From NCBI GenBank assembly GCA_964572155.1, contig CAZNDZ010000001.1:412630-476629 (forward strand): 64,000 nt of DNA. Reading direction: 5' to 3'. The DNA is from an uncultured Planctomycetales bacterium (GTDB taxonomy: Bacteria > Omnitrophota > Gorgyraeia > Zapsychrales > Fredricksoniimonadaceae). Below, one piece after another: positions 37,536 to 46,653 of this stretch. The notes below the pieces were generated by a model. It saw only the letters and a list, made by a program, of their open reading frames with translations. It was not told the DNA's origin and ran no database searches. Position numbers and translations under genes: made by a program. Each line of letters opens with the position of its first letter. The first letter of the stretch is position 1.

Positions 37536-38957
37536 ATGTTTCTTACGCGGGCACTCTTGCTGATAGTCCTAACCTTGTCGATTTATTCTGTCATGTTGTC
37601 TTCGTGGTTTAAAACCATGGATGACCAGTTCTCTATTGTCAGCAATGAGACCATCCAAGATAGTGCCCAGTGGCCTCAGTTATTTAAAGAAGGATATTTT
37701 CGCGACCATTCCTATTACCGCCCACTCGTTAACGTTAGTTATGCGTTGGAATATAAAACATTTGGTTTAAATCCTTTTTATTACAATTTAGATAATGTAT
37801 TGATTCATATTCTAAATGTATTCTTAGTATGGATGTTGGTCGCGATCCTCATAGATATCCAAGTAGGTTTTTGGGTTGCATTGTTGTTTGCGATTCATCC
37901 GGTGCAGTGGGAGGCGGTTGCGAATATCTCAGGCAGGGCGATTTTGCTTAGCGCCTTCTTCTCATTGCTCACGTTCATCTTTTATGCCAAACGCCGTTAT
38001 ATCCCGTCGCTATTATGTTTTTCAGTAGGGTTGTTGTGCAAGGAGTCAACGGCCATCATGCCAGGGATTATATTGCTTTATGCGGTTTCTTTTAAGAAGA
38101 AGATAAGCCCAATTTTTTGGTTTGTGCCGGTTGTGCTTGCGTATATTTATGTCAGGCATCATTTGGGGATCAATGAGTTCTTTGCGTGGCGCAACATGCA
38201 GGAAGGATTGCTTGGGTTTGTAACATTCTTGCGTTCCGTGATCATGTATATCAGGGTCATGGTCTTACCCGTCGATATGCATTTTGATCGATCGTTGAAA
38301 TTGTTTAGCAGTTTAACTCAGACGGGTGCGGTCATGACAGTTGTTTTTTGGGGCATTATCATTGGTGGACTTGCAGCATGCAAGAGGGCCTTAACACCGC
38401 TACATTGGTTGGCATTGGGTTGGTTTGTTTTAACATTGCTGCCTATTTCTCAGATTGTTACGACTATTGGCGTTCAGCCTGGGTATATATCATGCGCCGA
38501 GCATTTCTTATACATGACCTGCATTCCTGTGTTCATGGTCGCTGTGCTGCATTTATATAAAATTCATTCAACGCTCGTTCGGGTGTGTTTATTAGGTTTG
38601 TTATTCTTCTTTGGCGCAACAACAGTCGAGCAAAATATTTATGCTACAAGTGAATTGTCTATGATGACCCGTTCGTTATCGTATCAACCACATAATGCCC
38701 GACTTAATTCCAGCGTCGGATTAATCCATGCTATTAATGGACGCTTTACAAAAGCTGAAAATTATTTTCGTATGGCCGTTGCGGATGATCCAACTAATCC
38801 ACGCTATTTAATATCCTTAGGTAAGTCGGTGTGTGATCAAGGGCGGTATCAGGAATGCATACAAATTTATGATAGTATTCCAAATCCGGCGGGTTATGCT
38901 AAGATTCTAAATGAAAATAAGGCTGCTGCACAGAGGCTCATGAAAGAAAAATTATAA
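37536..38957 (+). CDS. polytopic membrane protein with C-terminal TPR repeats (PMT/TMTC/ArnT-like GT-C glycosyltransferase candidate)
   Basis: About 10 TM helices; YYRPLVNVSYALEY and HPVQWEAVANISGR motifs resemble DUF1736/TMTC; TPR-like C-terminus. Confidence 0.35.
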   Translation: MFLTRALLLIVLTLSIYSVMLSSWFKTMDDQFSIVSNETIQDSAQWPQLFKEGYFRDHSYYRPLVNVSYALEYKTFGLNPFYYNLDNVLIHILNVFLVWMLVAILIDIQVGFWVALLFAIHPVQWEAVANISGRAILLSAFFSLLTFIFYAKRRYIPSLLCFSVGLLCKESTAIMPGIILLYAVSFKKKISPIFWFVPVVLAYIYVRHHLGINEFFAWRNMQEGLLGFVTFLRSVIMYIRVMVLPVDMHFDRSLKLFSSLTQTGAVMTVVFWGIIIGGLAACKRALTPLHWLALGWFVLTLLPISQIVTTIGVQPGYISCAEHFLYMTCIPVFMVAVLHLYKIHSTLVRVCLLGLLFFFGATTVEQNIYATSELSMMTRSLSYQPHNARLNSSVGLIHAINGRFTKAENYFRMAVADDPTNPRYLISLGKSVCDQGRYQECIQIYDSIPNPAGYAKILNENKAAAQRLMKEKL

Positions 38958-40207
38958 TGTGGCGTTTTTTTACACGTAGAGAAAATTGGCCGTTTTTGCG
39001 TTTTGGATTAGCGCAACTGGTGTCCCAGTTTGGAGATCGGGTGCATCAAATGGCCTTGGTGGGATTAATTGCCCAGCGTTGTCCGGGGTCGTCCTTTGAG
39101 CTGGCAAAATTATTAGCATTTACCATCATCCCTGTTTTTATCATTGGCCCCATCGCCGGTGTTTATGTCGACCGATGGGATCGTAAGACCACACTTTTTG
39201 TTTGTGATATCTTAAGAGGCTGTGTTGTTTTATTGATTGCCTTCTTTTTAATGGATGCTAAATCCATCATTCCGCTATATGCCGCAGTTTTTGCCATCTT
39301 TGCTTTTAGTCGTTTTTATGTGCCAGCCAAAATGGCTTTTGTGCCCCAGATGGTGGCAAAAGGGGATTTGCACATAGCCAATTCTTTAGTGACGGTTACA
39401 GGTATGATTGCCTTGGTGTTGGGAGCATTGTTTGGTGGCATCATTGTGGAACAAAATGGACCCCGCGGCGGATTTTTCTTTGACGCTGTAACGTTCTTCG
39501 TCTCAGCAACGTTGGTTTTTACAGTTTCCAGATTGCGACAATGGCAGATTAGCAAACAGCAAATCGTTGCCGCTGGACGCAAGGCCGTGGCCGCGCACAA
39601 GGATGTCTGGCAAGAAATTAGCGACGGGATAAAATATATACAATCTCAGCAGCGCATCCGTTTTATCTTTCTGATGATGTCGGTGTTATTCTCAGCTGCA
39701 GGTGCTGTGTATGTAGTTATCATCGTGTTTATCCAGCAGGCTTTTGGTTCTGTCACCAAAGATTTAGGGTTTATGGCGGTGCCACTCGGCATTGGTTTGT
39801 TCTTAGGCAGCATGGTCTATGGCCGTTATGGCAAGCGTGTTTCGCGCTTTAAAACAATTTTCTGGTCGTTGATCTTGGGTGGACTCATGATTAGTGTCTT
39901 TGCTGCGGCAGTGAGCACAACGCATGATCGCACATTGGCTGCGTTACTAGCTGCCATATTGGGATTTGTCGTTGGGCCTATTATGATTGCAGCTAATACC
40001 GTCATTCATAGTGTGTGTTCGGAGGAGATGAGCGGTAAGGTTTTCGCGGCGCTTGAATTTGTCATGCACTTAGCGTTTTTAGCGGCGATGTTGCTAAGTT
40101 CCTATGTGGCTGAGTTTGTCGGACGTCAGTGGATTTTAATGGCTGTGGGTGTTATATTCTTAATCGTAGGCATTATCAGCCTCATTAAATTTAAAGAAAT
40201 CAAGTAA
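38957..40207 (+). CDS. MFS transporter
   Basis: 12-TM MFS architecture; 416 aa. Confidence 0.8.
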   Translation: MWRFFTRRENWPFLRFGLAQLVSQFGDRVHQMALVGLIAQRCPGSSFELAKLLAFTIIPVFIIGPIAGVYVDRWDRKTTLFVCDILRGCVVLLIAFFLMDAKSIIPLYAAVFAIFAFSRFYVPAKMAFVPQMVAKGDLHIANSLVTVTGMIALVLGALFGGIIVEQNGPRGGFFFDAVTFFVSATLVFTVSRLRQWQISKQQIVAAGRKAVAAHKDVWQEISDGIKYIQSQQRIRFIFLMMSVLFSAAGAVYVVIIVFIQQAFGSVTKDLGFMAVPLGIGLFLGSMVYGRYGKRVSRFKTIFWSLILGGLMISVFAAAVSTTHDRTLAALLAAILGFVVGPIMIAANTVIHSVCSEEMSGKVFAALEFVMHLAFLAAMLLSSYVAEFVGRQWILMAVGVIFLIVGIISLIKFKEIK

Positions 40208-40215
40208 AGGTCTTT

Positions 40216-40821
40216 ATGAAGAATTTCGCAGTATTTGCTTCCGGTCATGGCGGTAATCTCCAAGCCATCATTAATGCGTTAAAAGCCAAGAAAATCCATG
40301 CGTCTTTGAAGCTCGTGTTTTCTAACAAGCAAGAAGCATATGCTTTGGTGCGTGCGTATAAAGCGGGTATTCCGACGCTATTTATAAATCCACATGATTT
40401 TAAAACACGCGAAAGTTATGATCAGGCCATTTTAGTAGAACTCAAGAAACATAAAATTGATTTTATCGTCTTGGCAGGGTATATGCGTTTGATTTCCCCA
40501 GACTTGATTGACCATTATCCAAATAAGATCTTAAACATTCACCCATCATTGATCCCAGCGTTTAAAGGGGCTCATGGGATTCGTGACGCGTATGATTATG
40601 GCGCGAAGGTAACAGGCGTGACAGTTCATTTTGTCGTTGAAGAAATGGATGCGGGCGCCATCATTGCGCAAGTGCCGGTTAAGATCGACGATAAAGACAC
40701 GTTGCTCTCCCTTGAAGATAAGATCCATAAAGCAGAACACCGCATTTACCCGAAGGTCGTTGATCTATTTGCCAAAGGCAAATTAAAGATCAAAGGCCGT
40801 AAGGTCATTACTGCATATTAA
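40216..40821 (+). CDS. purN: phosphoribosylglycinamide formyltransferase
   Basis: FASGHGGNLQAI and NIHPSLIPAFKG motifs; 201 aa. Confidence 0.85.
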   Translation: MKNFAVFASGHGGNLQAIINALKAKKIHASLKLVFSNKQEAYALVRAYKAGIPTLFINPHDFKTRESYDQAILVELKKHKIDFIVLAGYMRLISPDLIDHYPNKILNIHPSLIPAFKGAHGIRDAYDYGAKVTGVTVHFVVEEMDAGAIIAQVPVKIDDKDTLLSLEDKIHKAEHRIYPKVVDLFAKGKLKIKGRKVITAY

Positions 40822-41806
40822 CTTTACCGTTATCGAATTGAATGTGAATCAATCGCCCAGCAGGGAAGGCGGGCTTTGTTGCATCTTCGCCAAAAGTGGC
40901 TAATTGGCCGCGGTCAAAGATGAATTTCTTGTTCTGTCTAAGGTTAGAGAGTTGCACTTGAGCAAAGTGTTCAAAATTATAATAGCGGGCGGTGTCAGCC
41001 ACAATCCCCACAATCGTATCATCATAATCTTCCGGCGGTGTAAAGTCGCTGCGTTCAAACTTAAAGCGGATGCGGTTGACCATTTGACGGCTTAAGAAAT
41101 CGGTCATGCTCACATCTTCATATTTGATGTGCGTCCCTGTTTCATCGCCGATAAAGTTTTGACCACCCTTGGTATCTGCGATAAAACGTTTCATATATTC
41201 TTCGTAAGGCAGATCCCCAGACATGTAGCGTTTAAAGTCGTCTAAATAAAAGGTGGCGCGGGTTTCAATGCCTTTTTTGATGTCGGTGACAACCATCACA
41301 AAGAATTTTGGTGAATTATCCGTGATCTCATTATTAAAAAACACGTCGCTGATGCAAACAAAGAGATTATTTTGAGCTTTGATGTAGCTGTCCGTATAAG
41401 AAGAATTGTAGCCGTAATCTTCCGATTTAACCTTGGTCCGTTTGATAATGTCGTATTCTAATGCAAAGCGATTTTCTTTAAAGATGCCTTCGGCAAATTG
41501 AACAGTGAAAGGGGAAGGTTTTTTATCTGTTTGTGCTCCGGCTGTTTCTTTTTGGGCTTCGTAATCAAAGATGGGCTCTTGCGTCGGTAAATAGATCCAG
41601 AATGTTTTACCAACCATCTTGGTTGTCACATGCAGGTCATAATTCTCGCGGGCTTTTTGTTCGAATTTCTTTTGTACGTCAGACAAGGGCACCTTAGGCG
41701 CAGGTTTTTGCGCACTTGTGCCACAACCGATCAGAGCCCCTAGGCAAAGCAATAAAACCCAAAAGGGTTTATGCAATGGATGGGCGAGCGGCTGGTTGTA
41801 AACCAT
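40808..41806 (-). CDS. lipoprotein of unknown function
   Basis: Lipobox LIGCG after a signal peptide. No recognisable domain. Its 5' end overlaps the ftsH-like 3' end. Confidence 0.4.
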   Translation of the reverse strand: MVYNQPLAHPLHKPFWVLLLCLGALIGCGTSAQKPAPKVPLSDVQKKFEQKARENYDLHVTTKMVGKTFWIYLPTQEPIFDYEAQKETAGAQTDKKPSPFTVQFAEGIFKENRFALEYDIIKRTKVKSEDYGYNSSYTDSYIKAQNNLFVCISDVFFNNEITDNSPKFFVMVVTDIKKGIETRATFYLDDFKRYMSGDLPYEEYMKRFIADTKGGQNFIGDETGTHIKYEDVSMTDFLSRQMVNRIRFKFERSDFTPPEDYDDTIVGIVADTARYYNFEHFAQVQLSNLRQNKKFIFDRGQLATFGEDATKPAFPAGRLIHIQFDNGKVNMQ

Positions 41807-43448
41807 ACTTTTGGAAAATGGCTTCAATTTCATCATAGTCTAACTCTTCTCTGGTATAGAGTTCTTCCGCAAAGAATTCAAATAGATCGCGGTGCTTCGT
41901 TAGAATTTCTTCAACTTCTTTGATGCATGTGTTTAAGATGTCTTGTATATCGCTGTCGATGATCTCTTTATATTTTTCAGAGATTTGGAAATTCCCGCCG
42001 TAATTTGCTTGGAAATAATTAAAGTCACCGAGTAATCCAGATTTACCCATACCTAAACTTTTGACCATGTAAGAACAAATGGACATGGCTTGATAAAAAT
42101 CTGAACCTGGTGCGCCACCGACGCCGGTTCCTGTTGTTCCAAACTTAAGGCGTTCGGCAACGAAGGCGGCGATGCTAACTTTAATATCTGCTAACAACTC
42201 AACTTTGGTTTTGCCATGTTGTTCTTCCGCAGGTCTTGAGAAGATCATCCCTAATGAACCTCGACGTGGGATGATGGATGCCTTGATGACGTCATCTGTC
42301 GGGTGAATCAAATACCCGATGATCGCATGGCCAGCTTCGTGATATGCCGTCCAGCGGCGTTGTTTATCGGTGACGATGATATTAGACTTCATCCCAAACA
42401 CGATGCGGTCATATGCTTCGGATAAATCTTTCATGATGATCTTATCACGGGTTGAGCGATTGGCGATTAAGCTTGCCTCACGGATCATATTCTCAATATC
42501 TGCCGGTGAGAAATGCAATGTTTTCTTGGCCAACACGGTGCTATCGAGTTCTTCGTGCTTGACCTTGCCGACATAATAATCAAAAAGCAACTTACGTTCT
42601 TTTAAGTTAGGACGGGTGACATAAATCTTACGATCAAAACGTCCTGAACGCATGACAGCAGAATCAAGTTCATCTTCACGCACATTGGTGGCAGCAAAGA
42701 CGACGATATTGTTTTCTTTTTGGCGTAAACCATCAAGCTCGGTTAAGAATTGATTGATGGTGGCATTATTACTCATGGTACCGCCAAAGCCCATATCTTG
42801 AGCGCGAGGGCGGGCAAACGAGTCGATTTCGTCGATAAAGATGATGCATCCGCCGTGCAATTCTGCTTGAGCGCGGGCTTGTTTAAACAAGGATTTCATT
42901 TGAGATACACCTTGTCCGACGAACATCCCAATAAAATCACTACCGACAGCGGGGATTAATGGAAAACCACATTCGGTGGCAATTGCTTTCGCTAAATATG
43001 TTTTACCGCATCCTGGAGGCCCCATCATCATGACGCCCTTAACGATTTTCCCTCCGATGGATTGAACCAAGTTGCGATCTTTGAGCAATTTCACAATTTC
43101 CCAAGCTTCTTTCTTAGCGCCTTCCATCCCAATGACTTCATCCCACTTGGTATTGACCTTGGCGGCTTTCATCTTGCTGTTGCCTAAGTTGAACATAGCG
43201 CCAGAATAGATGAAATAATACATCACAAACATCATGGGCATTTGAATAAACGCAGAGAAAATACCAATGAGCAAGAAATAACCCATTTGGGCAGATAATT
43301 GACGACGACTAAAGGATTCGAGTTGGGCAAAGTCGCTAAAAGCTGCAGTCATGAATACTGCCATCCATGTGAACATGGCAACAGCGGCAACAGCTAATAG
43401 AATTTTAATCCAATGAAGACGCAGGAAGATCCAGGCTTTTCTAAACAT
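41769..43448 (-). CDS. ftsH: FtsH-family ATP-dependent zinc metalloprotease (atypical short form)
   Basis: Walker A GPPGCGKT, SRH, and an M41 HEAGHAI zinc site. The N-terminal TM region is non-canonical; 559 aa. Confidence 0.8.
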   Translation of the reverse strand: MFRKAWIFLRLHWIKILLAVAAVAMFTWMAVFMTAAFSDFAQLESFSRRQLSAQMGYFLLIGIFSAFIQMPMMFVMYYFIYSGAMFNLGNSKMKAAKVNTKWDEVIGMEGAKKEAWEIVKLLKDRNLVQSIGGKIVKGVMMMGPPGCGKTYLAKAIATECGFPLIPAVGSDFIGMFVGQGVSQMKSLFKQARAQAELHGGCIIFIDEIDSFARPRAQDMGFGGTMSNNATINQFLTELDGLRQKENNIVVFAATNVREDELDSAVMRSGRFDRKIYVTRPNLKERKLLFDYYVGKVKHEELDSTVLAKKTLHFSPADIENMIREASLIANRSTRDKIIMKDLSEAYDRIVFGMKSNIIVTDKQRRWTAYHEAGHAIIGYLIHPTDDVIKASIIPRRGSLGMIFSRPAEEQHGKTKVELLADIKVSIAAFVAERLKFGTTGTGVGGAPGSDFYQAMSICSYMVKSLGMGKSGLLGDFNYFQANYGGNFQISEKYKEIIDSDIQDILNTCIKEVEEILTKHRDLFEFFAEELYTREELDYDEIEAIFQKYGLQPAARPSIA

Positions 43449-43529
43449 CTTAAATCCTTGACTTTTAATAGTTTAAGTAAAATGACATTATAAAAGAGTA
43501 ACATATAAAATGGCCATAGTCAATCAGTA

Positions 43530-43568
43530 GGGAATGGTTCCTGCCTGCGGCAGGCAGGAACCATTCCC
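43530..43568. repeat. 39-bp perfect palindrome (19-bp arms GGGAATGGTTCCTGCCTGC / GCAGGCAGGAACCATTCCC) in the ftsH-eno divergent intergenic region
   Basis: Read directly. Ends 10 nt upstream of the eno -35. Shares a CCTGCCTGC core with the hairpin at 33953. Confidence 0.55.
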
Positions 43569-43578
43569 TAGGAACATC

Positions 43579-43607
43579 TTGACGGCAAAATTAAACTGTG
43601 TTATTTT
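43579..43607 (+). promoter_or_regulatory. sigma70-like promoter for eno (TTGACG-17-TATTTT, TGn extended -10)
   Basis: Hexamers plus an AAACTGTGTTA block identical to the one in the promoter at 16559. Confidence 0.4.
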
Positions 43608-43648
43608 TATCAACTATTGCAAGCAAAGGCATTTACAAGATTCTTTAA

Positions 43649-44943
<1,295 letters not shown>

Positions 44944-44944
<1 letters not shown>

Positions 44945-45261
44945 TGCTTAAAAACGCCATCTGGCTGTTTGGTTTTGCCGTTGTCATGTTGTTGGCATTC
45001 CTGCCTTCGTATACGAAGATGCAGGATTTGAAACTCAAGAATTACGAATATGCTGGGCGGATTTCCGAATTAACCAAACGCAATGCCCAGCTGGAACAAG
45101 AAATGCGTTTGTTGACAACGGATCCAGATTATCTGGAAAAAGTGGCAAGGCAGAAAATGGGCCTGATCCGTGCCGGTGAAAAAGTATACCGCATGGTGCC
45201 ACAACAGCAGAAGGCAGCGACGCCAACAAATACTGCGGCTAAGAAGACTTCGAAGCCGTAA
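44944..45261 (+). CDS. ftsB: septum formation initiator FtsB/DivIC family
   Basis: N-terminal TM segment plus coiled coil; 105 aa; follows eno. Confidence 0.6.
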
Positions 45262-45333
45262 AGATTTTTAGGTTGTGTTTTTAAAAAGTTGTGTCATACT
45301 ACGTGAACATTTTTGAAGTCACCGGAAGAATAT

Positions 45334-45653
45334 CGCGGGGTGGAGCAGCCCGGTAGCTCGCCAGGCTCAGCACGTAACATGGGCGTCTAGTTGAGAAATC
45401 AATTAGAAGATTATCTGTCAAAGTCGGTGAAGCCTGAAAATGGTAATACCGAGCCAAGTTCCGATTACCTCAGAAATATTTAGGAAATCGGAAAAGGTGT
45501 AGAGACTAGATGGCAGACGTCCTCCTCGAAAGAGAGGATGAAGGTATAGTCCAGACCACAAACCGTGAACCCAACGTGGTTCATGGGCGGCGAAAGTCGT
45601 AGATGGTACGCATAACCTGGAGGTCATAGGTTCAAATCCTGTCCCCGCAACCA
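45334..45653 (+). tRNA. initiator tRNA-fMet (anticodon CAU) interrupted by a group I intron; exons 45334..45367 and 45611..45653, CCA encoded
   Basis: Exons join to CGCGGGGTGGAGCAGCCCGGTAGCTCGCCAGGCT|CATAACCTGGAGGTCATAGGTTCAAATCCTGTCCCCGCAACCA. This is almost identical to E. coli tRNA-fMet and has the C1xA72 initiator hallmark. Confidence 0.8.
45368..45610 (+). ncRNA. group I self-splicing intron (243 nt) in the anticodon loop of tRNA-fMet
   Basis: R-like element GTGTAGAGACTAGA (45497-45510). S-like element AAGGTATAGTCC (45541-45552) forming P7 (GACTA/TAGTC). P8-like hairpin CCTCCTC-GAAA-GAGAGG. The 5' exon ends in U and the intron ends in G (45610). No ORF inside. Confidence 0.65.
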
Positions 45654-45697
45654 ATAAAAACAGACAGTTCCTTTTGGGGCTGTCTGTTTTTATTTTG
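45654..45697 (+). terminator. rho-independent terminator after tRNA-fMet
   Basis: AAAAACAGACAG-ttccttttgggg-CTGTCTGTTTTTATTTTG stem-loop plus T-run. Confidence 0.7.
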
Positions 45698-45803
45698 TTA
45701 TGTAAGCAGGATTTGAGTGAGCCCTGTTTAGAACTCCGACGAATAGGAGGAGTTCTAGGGCGAGTGGCTGACCCGCAGAGAGCCGGAGGCGAACGAAGGG
45801 CAC

Positions 45804-45864
45804 CAAATCCTGTTCCCGCAACCAATAAAACAGCAGTCCCTTTTGGGGCTGCTGTTTTATTTTG
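45804..45864 (+). repeat. near-identical direct repeat of the tRNA-fMet 3' end plus its terminator (copy of 45633..45697)
   Basis: CAAATCCTGTTCCCGCAACCAATAAAACAGCAGTCCCTTTTGGGGCTGCTGTTTTATTTTG versus the first copy, with only a few mismatches. Confidence 0.6.
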
Positions 45865-45914
45865 TTTCTAAGAAAGATCTTTTCAAATGACTCAAACGAT
45901 ATCAAAATACATTT

Positions 45915-46334
45915 ATGGATACAAAATTAAAAGCTGATATTGCTGAATCTGCTGTAGTGACAGAGCTGTTATCAAGAGGGTTTGTTGTGTTGCGTCCTGT
46001 TGGTGATAGGTTGGCGTATGATTTGGCGGTTGAAGTTAATAAGAAATTGATTCGCATTCAGGTAAAACATGCATGGTTTAATGTAAAAGATAATGTTTAT
46101 GTTACTGATGCGCGTAGGACAAAAACAAATCGTAGGGTAATGTTACGAAAGAAATATTCCGACGATGATTTTGATTTCGCCATTGTATATTTAGGGGATA
46201 AAAAAGTTTTTTACGTGATTCCAAGTAAGGTATTTAATGGTTTTGCTAGTTCAATAAGTTTTGTAGAAGATGAAAAAAGGCAACGTGCTCCCAAGACAGC
46301 GATCTATAGAGAATGTTGGAAATTATTGAAATAA
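45915..46334 (+). CDS. PD-(D/E)XK nuclease-fold protein, Hjc/restriction-endonuclease-like (hypothetical)
   Basis: ESAVVTELLSRGFVVLRPVGDRLAYDLAVEVNKKLIRIQVKH matches the Hjc-type E...GF.V.R...D(L)...(I)(Q/E)VK catalytic pattern; 139 aa. Confidence 0.45.
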   Translation: MDTKLKADIAESAVVTELLSRGFVVLRPVGDRLAYDLAVEVNKKLIRIQVKHAWFNVKDNVYVTDARRTKTNRRVMLRKKYSDDDFDFAIVYLGDKKVFYVIPSKVFNGFASSISFVEDEKRQRAPKTAIYRECWKLLK

Positions 46335-46363
46335 TGTAAGGTTACGATAGAAAAAGGATTTAG

Positions 46364-46651
46364 ATGAATAACATATTTGTAAAAAATCTTAATTTTAAAA
46401 CGACCAATGAGGAATTGGCTAATCATTTTGCGCCTTTTGGTGTCGTCGCTAGCGCGTCGATTGTTATGAATAAGGGTAAGTCCTTGGGATATGGTTTTGT
46501 GGATATGCCCAATCTTGAGGAGAAAGATAAAGCTATTTTGGAATTAGATGGCAAAGAATTAATGGGGCGTGCTTTAGTGGTTACTGTCGTGGTTGAGAGG
46601 ATAAAGCATAAGAAAAAGGCTAAGAATAGAAAACCTATAGGAAAAAAATAA
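46364..46651 (+). CDS. RNA-binding protein with RRM domain
   Basis: RNP-2 IFVKNL and RNP-1 LGYGFVDM motifs; 95 aa with a basic C-terminal tail. Confidence 0.75.
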   Translation: MNNIFVKNLNFKTTNEELANHFAPFGVVASASIVMNKGKSLGYGFVDMPNLEEKDKAILELDGKELMGRALVVTVVVERIKHKKKAKNRKPIGKK

Positions 46652-46653
46652 GC

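Noticed and set aside
45418-45825. 135-aa minus-strand ORF spanning the tRNA-fMet intron and terminator
   Set aside because: It lies antisense to a structured RNA gene. Its product (…VAGTGFEPMTSRL…) is the classic tRNA-antisense translation artefact, and it has no RBS.
45698-45870. A second complete tRNA or tRNA pseudogene downstream of tRNA-fMet
   Set aside because: Only the T-loop-to-CCA portion and the terminator are duplicated. No D-arm or anticodon arm can be folded from the preceding 106 bp.
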